Virus record (IMG/VR): IMGVR_UViG_3300025828_000024
Location: 1 to 62,279 of that record
Length of the DNA stretch: 62,279 bases
From: a virus
Lineage: Duplodnaviria > Caudoviricetes
Direction: 5' to 3' (one strand)
The position numbers and the translations under genes are program-made. Of the stretch, positions 57,471 to 62,279 are shown in pieces. Every line of letters starts with the position of its first letter. Within the stretch, counting starts at the first letter, position 1. The notes beneath the pieces are model-generated. The model did not search any database. It was not told where the DNA came from and worked only from the letters and a program-made list of their open reading frames with translations.

Positions 57471-58376
57471 ATGGCTATTTCACGCGCCCAGCTCCTCAAA
57501 GAGCTACTACCTGGTCTCAATGCATTGTTTGGACTTGAGTACGACAAGTACGAAAATGAACATGCAGAGATTTATGAAACTGAAAACTCAGAGCGTAGCT
57601 TTGAGGAAGAAGTCAAATTGTCTGGATTTGCTGCAGCCCCTGTAAAAGCAGAAGGTGCATCAATTTCTTACGACAATGCACAAGAGTCGTTCACAGCTCG
57701 TTACAACCACGAAACGGTTGCAATGGGATTCTCTGTCACCGAAGAGGCGATGGAAGACAACTTGTACGATTCACTATCTGCTCGTTATACAAAAGCCTTG
57801 GCTCGCGCTATGGCGTATACCAAGCAGGTTAAAGCGGCTTCCTTGTTGAACACAGGTTTTGACACCTTCAAATCAGGTGACAATGTGTTCTTGTTCGCAA
57901 CCAACCACCCAACAGTGGAAGGCGGAACAAACGCAAACAAACCTTCAACAAATGCTGACTTGAACGAAACTTCACTTGAGCAAGCAGTTATTGATATCGC
58001 AGCGTACACTGATGAACGCGGCCTATTGATTGCAGCTCGCCCACGTAAGCTAATCGTTCCGCCTGCGCTTATGTTCGTTGCAACTCGTTTGCTACAAACA
58101 GAACTACGTGTAGGTACAGCGGATAACGACATCAACGCATTGCGTTCGAATGGTTCGATCCCAGAAGGCTTCCGTGTCAACCACTACCTAACTGACGCAG
58201 ATGCATTCTTCATCACTACAGATGTTCCAAACGGCATGAAGCACTTTGTGCGTACTGCAATGCAGACATCTATGGATGGTGACTTCGATACAGGTAACGT
58301 GCGCTATAAAGCGCGTGAGCGTTACTCATTCGGTGTATCTGACCCACTAGGTATCTATGGTTCGCCAGGTGCATAA
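57471..58376 (+). CDS. Major capsid protein
   Basis: AISRAQLLKELLPGL...LF.T.HP...LIVPP.L...RERYSFG. Confidence 0.9.
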   Translation: MAISRAQLLKELLPGLNALFGLEYDKYENEHAEIYETENSERSFEEEVKLSGFAAAPVKAEGASISYDNAQESFTARYNHETVAMGFSVTEEAMEDNLYDSLSARYTKALARAMAYTKQVKAASLLNTGFDTFKSGDNVFLFATNHPTVEGGTNANKPSTNADLNETSLEQAVIDIAAYTDERGLLIAARPRKLIVPPALMFVATRLLQTELRVGTADNDINALRSNGSIPEGFRVNHYLTDADAFFITTDVPNGMKHFVRTAMQTSMDGDFDTGNVRYKARERYSFGVSDPLGIYGSPGA

Positions 58377-58395
58377 TTAGTTCAATAGAACTTTT

Positions 58396-58428
58396 GAAGG
58401 GGCTGCTAACGCGGCCCTTTCTTTTTTT
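58396..58428 (+). terminator. Rho-independent terminator after the capsid gene
   Basis: GAAGGGGCTGC-TAAC-GCGGCCCTTTC-T7. Confidence 0.85.
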
Positions 58429-58498
58429 ATGTTATGTGTTATCCTGTGTTTATCCCTGACAGTCTAATGACTGACAACCCCAAAGACAGGAGATCAAA

Positions 58499-58972
58499 AT
58501 GGGTACAACTACTTTCTCAGGGCCAGTACGTTCTGAGCGAGGCTTTACGGCTGTAGGCTCAAACGCAGTGGTCGCAATCACAGCAGAAACAACTCTTACA
58601 TATGCGGATCACGTTGGTCGCATTATCGAGATCAATGATGCCGATGGCGCTGTAACTCTTCCAGCAATTACTAGCGATACTATTGGCGCAACCTACAAAT
58701 TCTTTGTAGGCACTACCGCTTCTGACTTGGACATAAAAACAGATGGCACAGATAAGTTTGTTGGCAATCTCGTTCTTGCCGCCGCCGCCACTTCTCAAGC
58801 TAGGGGTTTCGCTCCTGCAGCAAGCAACGATGTCATTTCTATGAACGGCACCACCACAGGTGGTATTGCTGGCTCTGTTGTAGAAGTCACAGCAATTGCA
58901 ACTGCAGAATATCTTGTTACTGGCACATTGTTAGGATCAGGCACACTCGCTACTCCTTTCGCTGATGCATAA
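58499..58972 (+). CDS. Virion structural protein
   Basis: AGGAG RBS; TTFSGPVRS N-terminus. Confidence 0.75.
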   Translation: MGTTTFSGPVRSERGFTAVGSNAVVAITAETTLTYADHVGRIIEINDADGAVTLPAITSDTIGATYKFFVGTTASDLDIKTDGTDKFVGNLVLAAAATSQARGFAPAASNDVISMNGTTTGGIAGSVVEVTAIATAEYLVTGTLLGSGTLATPFADA

Positions 58973-58984
58973 TAGGAGATATGT

Positions 58985-59254
58985 ATGCGCTCTGATGTAC
59001 AATCTAAACGCTTAACAGGTACAGGGTCAGCGAGTGTTGGCCCTGCACGTATTCGTCAAATACAGGTGCTTACAGCTTCAGGAACACCCCGTCTAACGAT
59101 TACTGATGGTAATGGCGGCCCTACAGTTCTTGATCTAGACTTTATTGCGTCTGATTCTCACTCAGTAAACATTCCGTCTGATGGCATTCGTGTCAGCGAC
59201 ATCTATGTTTCTGCATTCACAAACATCACCGCTATGACGGTGTTTTATAATTAA
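58985..59254 (+). CDS. Small virion structural protein
   Basis: AGGAG RBS; beta-rich. Confidence 0.75.
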   Translation: MRSDVQSKRLTGTGSASVGPARIRQIQVLTASGTPRLTITDGNGGPTVLDLDFIASDSHSVNIPSDGIRVSDIYVSAFTNITAMTVFYN

Positions 59255-59263
59255 GAGGTTCTC

Positions 59264-60061
59264 ATGGCTCGTGAAGTAAGTTCTATATCCAGAGTTGGAA
59301 CTAGCGAGCCGTTTGAGCTTCAAGTTGCTCGTGGGCAAATATCATTCCATAAAACGACATTTAAGTTTGGTTACAACAACGATGTCGGAGACTCAAAAGA
59401 AACCATCTGGGAACAAGGTGGTTTGTACGCCTATCCTGCATCAGCAACAGTAATGACTCTATCAAGCAGTTCCGCTGACGACACTGCTGCAGGAACGGGT
59501 GCAAGAACAGTAGAGATTTTTGGCCTAGACGCTGATTACAACGAAATAAACGAAGTTGTCACATTGAATGGGCAAACTGCTGTTAACACCACAAAATCTT
59601 ACCTACGGATCAATCGTGGCATTGTTCGCAGCGCGGGTAGTGGTGGTGCAAATGCTGGTATAATCTATGCAGGAACAGGCACAGTGACCACTGGAGTTCC
59701 AGCTAACATTTACCTGACCATAAATGGGGATGGCGACAACCAAACACTGATGAGCCTTTGGACGGTTCCCGCAGGATATACAGCGTTCCTTACAAAAATG
59801 TCTTTGTCCACAGGCACATCTACCAACACCAAAGCCGTTTTGAATGCTAGTCTTGTAGCTAGACCATACGAAGAAGTCTTTCAGATAAAAGAAAGATTTA
59901 CTCTCACAGATGCCACACACGAACAGTTTTATACTTTTCCATTAAGGTTCACAGAAAAAACAGACTTAGAGATGAGAGCATTTTCTTCCTCTGGGTCGGT
60001 TAGCTTTAATGTCTCCGCGTCAATGGAGTTTATCTACATCAGCAATGGGGATAGTCTTTAA
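59264..60061 (+). CDS. Virion structural protein
   Basis: KFG.N...SSS.DD..GTGART...WTVPAG. Confidence 0.75.
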   Translation: MAREVSSISRVGTSEPFELQVARGQISFHKTTFKFGYNNDVGDSKETIWEQGGLYAYPASATVMTLSSSSADDTAAGTGARTVEIFGLDADYNEINEVVTLNGQTAVNTTKSYLRINRGIVRSAGSGGANAGIIYAGTGTVTTGVPANIYLTINGDGDNQTLMSLWTVPAGYTAFLTKMSLSTGTSTNTKAVLNASLVARPYEEVFQIKERFTLTDATHEQFYTFPLRFTEKTDLEMRAFSSSGSVSFNVSASMEFIYISNGDSL

Positions 60062-60378
60062 TGGCTGAAAAGAAAAAGAAGGATAGTCGGTTAGAACGCG
60101 CAGGAGTTAGTGGATACAACAAACCCAAGCGCACACCTAATCACCCAAAGAAGTCACACATTGTTGTGGCTAAAGAGGGCGATAAGGTGAAGACTATTCG
60201 ATTTGGGCAGCAAGGTGTGAAGACAAATCAGACTGTAGGGCAGCGCAAAGCCTTTAAGTCTCGTCATGCAAAGAACATCAGCAAAGGTAAGATGTCTGCA
60301 GCTTATTGGGCTGATAAAGTTAAGTGGTCGCCAAGCAAGACAAAGTCTAGCTCAACTAAGTGGAAGAAAGGTTCATGA
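60061..60378 (+). CDS. Small basic protein
   Basis: TAATG coupling; IRFGQQG...FKSRH...AAYWA. Confidence 0.8.
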   Translation: MAEKKKKDSRLERAGVSGYNKPKRTPNHPKKSHIVVAKEGDKVKTIRFGQQGVKTNQTVGQRKAFKSRHAKNISKGKMSAAYWADKVKWSPSKTKSSSTKWKKGS

Positions 60379-61069
60379 CTATCTCTCGCGCACAGATGGG
60401 TAGTCAGCTAACGGGGAACAGAATGCCAGTCAAAAAAGTAAAAGGTGGTTATAAGTTCGGAAGCTCAGGTAAGGTTTACCCTACCCGTGCAGGTGCGGAG
60501 CGTCAGCAACGCGCAGCTTATGCCAACGGATACAAGGGTATGGCTGCTGGCGGTAAAGTTCCTTCAGGTTATCATCGTATGCCTGATGGCAGCATTATGA
60601 AAAATTCTGATCACAAGATGGCGCATGGTGGTTATGTTTCTACTGGTGATGATGCTAAAGACCTTGAGACTATTCGTATGGGCAAAGGTGGTAAGACCAA
60701 GAGCCGTGTGAATGAAGCTGGAAACTATACAAAGCCAGGGATGCGTAAGAGTCTGTTTAATAAGATTAAAGCTGGTGGCAAAGGCGGAAAACCTGGTCAG
60801 TGGTCAGCCCGTAAGGCTCAGATGTTGGCAAAGCAGTACAAAGCAGCAGGGGGTGGATATAAAAACTAATGGCCTTAAAGAAGTCGCAGAAAAGCCTCAA
60901 GTCTTGGACAAAGCAGAAATGGCGTACTAAAAGTGGCAAACCGTCTACCCAAGGTGCTAATGCTACTGGTGAACGGTATCTACCTTCTTCGGCTATTAAG
61001 TCTCTTAGCAGCAGTGAGTATGCAGCTACCACAAGAGCAAAACGACAAGGCACTAAGGCAGGTAAGCAG
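60074..61069. repeat. Terminal direct overlap, copy 2
   Basis: Matches 1-996. Confidence 0.95.
60375..60869 (+). CDS. Copy of 302..796
   Basis: Identical translation. Confidence 0.7.
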   Translation: MTISRAQMGSQLTGNRMPVKKVKGGYKFGSSGKVYPTRAGAERQQRAAYANGYKGMAAGGKVPSGYHRMPDGSIMKNSDHKMAHGGYVSTGDDAKDLETIRMGKGGKTKSRVNEAGNYTKPGMRKSLFNKIKAGGKGGKPGQWSARKAQMLAKQYKAAGGGYKN

Positions 61070-61132
61070 CATGTGGCTCAACCTAAAAAGATTGCAAAGA
61101 AAACCAAACGACACAGAAGTGTAGTTACATAG
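60869..61132 (+). CDS. Allele of 796..1059
   Basis: 3 aa differences near the C-terminus. Confidence 0.7.
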   Translation: MALKKSQKSLKSWTKQKWRTKSGKPSTQGANATGERYLPSSAIKSLSSSEYAATTRAKRQGTKAGKQHVAQPKKIAKKTKRHRSVVT

Positions 61133-61141
61133 GACAAGATC

Positions 61142-61828
61142 ATGGCAGTAGTAACACCAGACCTACCAGAACTTTTCGAGGAAGCCTATGAACGGGCGGG
61201 TCTTGAGATGCGCTCTGGCTATGACCTTAAAACGGCTCGTCGGAGCCTTAACCTTTTAACATTGGAGTGGCAAAACCGTGGCCTTAATCTCTTCACTATT
61301 GAAGCTGGTACGTTATCCATTACGGCTGGCACAGCGACTTACACATTACCTGCGGACACGATTGATCTCATCGAACACCAAGTCCGAACAGGTACAGGTA
61401 CAAGTCAAACCGACACCGCCCTCGAAAGGATCAGTGTCTCAACCTACGCGCAGCAAACAAACAAAAACACGCAAGGTAGGCCGACCCAAATCTACGTCCA
61501 AAGGCTCCCAACGGAAGTCAAAGTAACTCTGTGGCCTGTGCCTGATGCGTCAACTACATACACTTTGTTTTACTATAGATTGAAGGGTATTGATGGATTG
61601 TCTTCTGGCATTGGTGGTGATGTATCTACTGTTCCTCCTCGTTTCGTTCCGGCTCTAGTTTCTGGCATGGCTTACTATCTTTCTATGAAGAAGCCTGAAG
61701 CTGCAGGCCGCTCACAGGCACTGAAGCAAGAATACGAGTTCCAGTTCCAGCTTGCGTCTGGTGAGGATGAAGAGACAGCATCAATCAAGTTTGTTCCATA
61801 TGATACTTTTGTGATGGGTGGCGGATGA
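61142..61828 (+). CDS. Divergent allele of the adaptor 1069..1755
   Basis: Same length; many synonymous changes. Confidence 0.75.
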   Translation: MAVVTPDLPELFEEAYERAGLEMRSGYDLKTARRSLNLLTLEWQNRGLNLFTIEAGTLSITAGTATYTLPADTIDLIEHQVRTGTGTSQTDTALERISVSTYAQQTNKNTQGRPTQIYVQRLPTEVKVTLWPVPDASTTYTLFYYRLKGIDGLSSGIGGDVSTVPPRFVPALVSGMAYYLSMKKPEAAGRSQALKQEYEFQFQLASGEDEETASIKFVPYDTFVMGGG

Positions 61829-62148
61829 GTTACGCGAGAGGCAAATACGCTTATGGTTTCTGTGATAGGACTGGCTTTCGCTATCCTTTGAAAGACCTCG
61901 TGCCTGAGTTTCGAAACGGGCATAAGACTGGTTTTTTGATTGGCAGAGATGTTGTAGACCCAGATCAACCACAGAACTTCTTGGGACGTATTAAGATCAA
62001 TGACCCACAGTCGTTGTTGAATCCAAGACCTGATACATCCCAAGATGAAAGCAGAGAGTTGTTCGGTTGGAATCCTGTTGGGAATCCAGCGCAATATATG
62101 GTAGGCTCTGTAGGAAGAGTTACCGTCACCACAACGGAAGGATCGTAA
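61825..62148 (+). CDS. Divergent allele of 1752..2066
   Basis: Clear protein homology. Confidence 0.75.
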   Translation: MSYARGKYAYGFCDRTGFRYPLKDLVPEFRNGHKTGFLIGRDVVDPDQPQNFLGRIKINDPQSLLNPRPDTSQDESRELFGWNPVGNPAQYMVGSVGRVTVTTTEGS

Positions 62149-62149
62149 T

Positions 62150-62279
62150 ATGGCTGGCCCTAGCAAAAGACTTGGTAAAGGTAAGAACCGCTTGAAGTTT
62201 GAGGATGTCTCTCCACGAGCGGAAAAAGAAGAGCAAGAGATGCTCGACAAGAAGATGTACGGCGGCAAGATGAAGAAGC
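62150..62279 (+). CDS. Partial basic protein at the position equivalent to 2077
   Basis: MAGPSKRLGK...KKMYGGKMKK, runs off the end. Confidence 0.55.
   Translation, partial: MAGPSKRLGKGKNRLKFEDVSPRAEKEEQEMLDKKMYGGKMKK

Overview
The window is one essentially complete tailed dsDNA phage genome of about 60,073 bp, plus a 2.2 kb terminal overlap. It is podovirus-like (no tape measure or tail tube recognised). The host is probably a marine alphaproteobacterium, which is an inference. Positions 1-996 recur at 60074-61069; after that the overlap diverges into a different allele. Layout: head-completion and tail genes (1-16.7 kb) containing a collagen-fibre and modification-enzyme island (3.8-10.6 kb); lysis and ejection proteins including a 2979-aa polyvalent protein (16.7-32.9 kb); a leftward recombination operon (33-37.4 kb); RusA and a primase-helicase (37.4-39.8 kb); a leftward early region (40-48.4 kb); then TerS, TerL, portal, GroES, scaffold and capsid (48.6-60 kb). 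No DNA polymerase, integrase, tRNA or CRISPR array was recognised. Best leads: (1) an animal-like collagen lysine-modification system, with a Gly-X-Y fibre carrying 14 Y-position lysines next to one protein fusing GT25, PLOD-type glycosyltransferase and lysyl-hydroxylase domains; (2) a palindrome GTKC-N4-GMAC present at least 17 times, spaced mostly every 2-4 kb, including inside genes; (3) a candidate ~80-nt sRNA whose exposed seed is complementary to the RBS of several phage genes; (4) a [RK]xSR[LM] motif at five domain borders of the polyvalent protein. All family calls come from motif recognition by eye; no searches were run.
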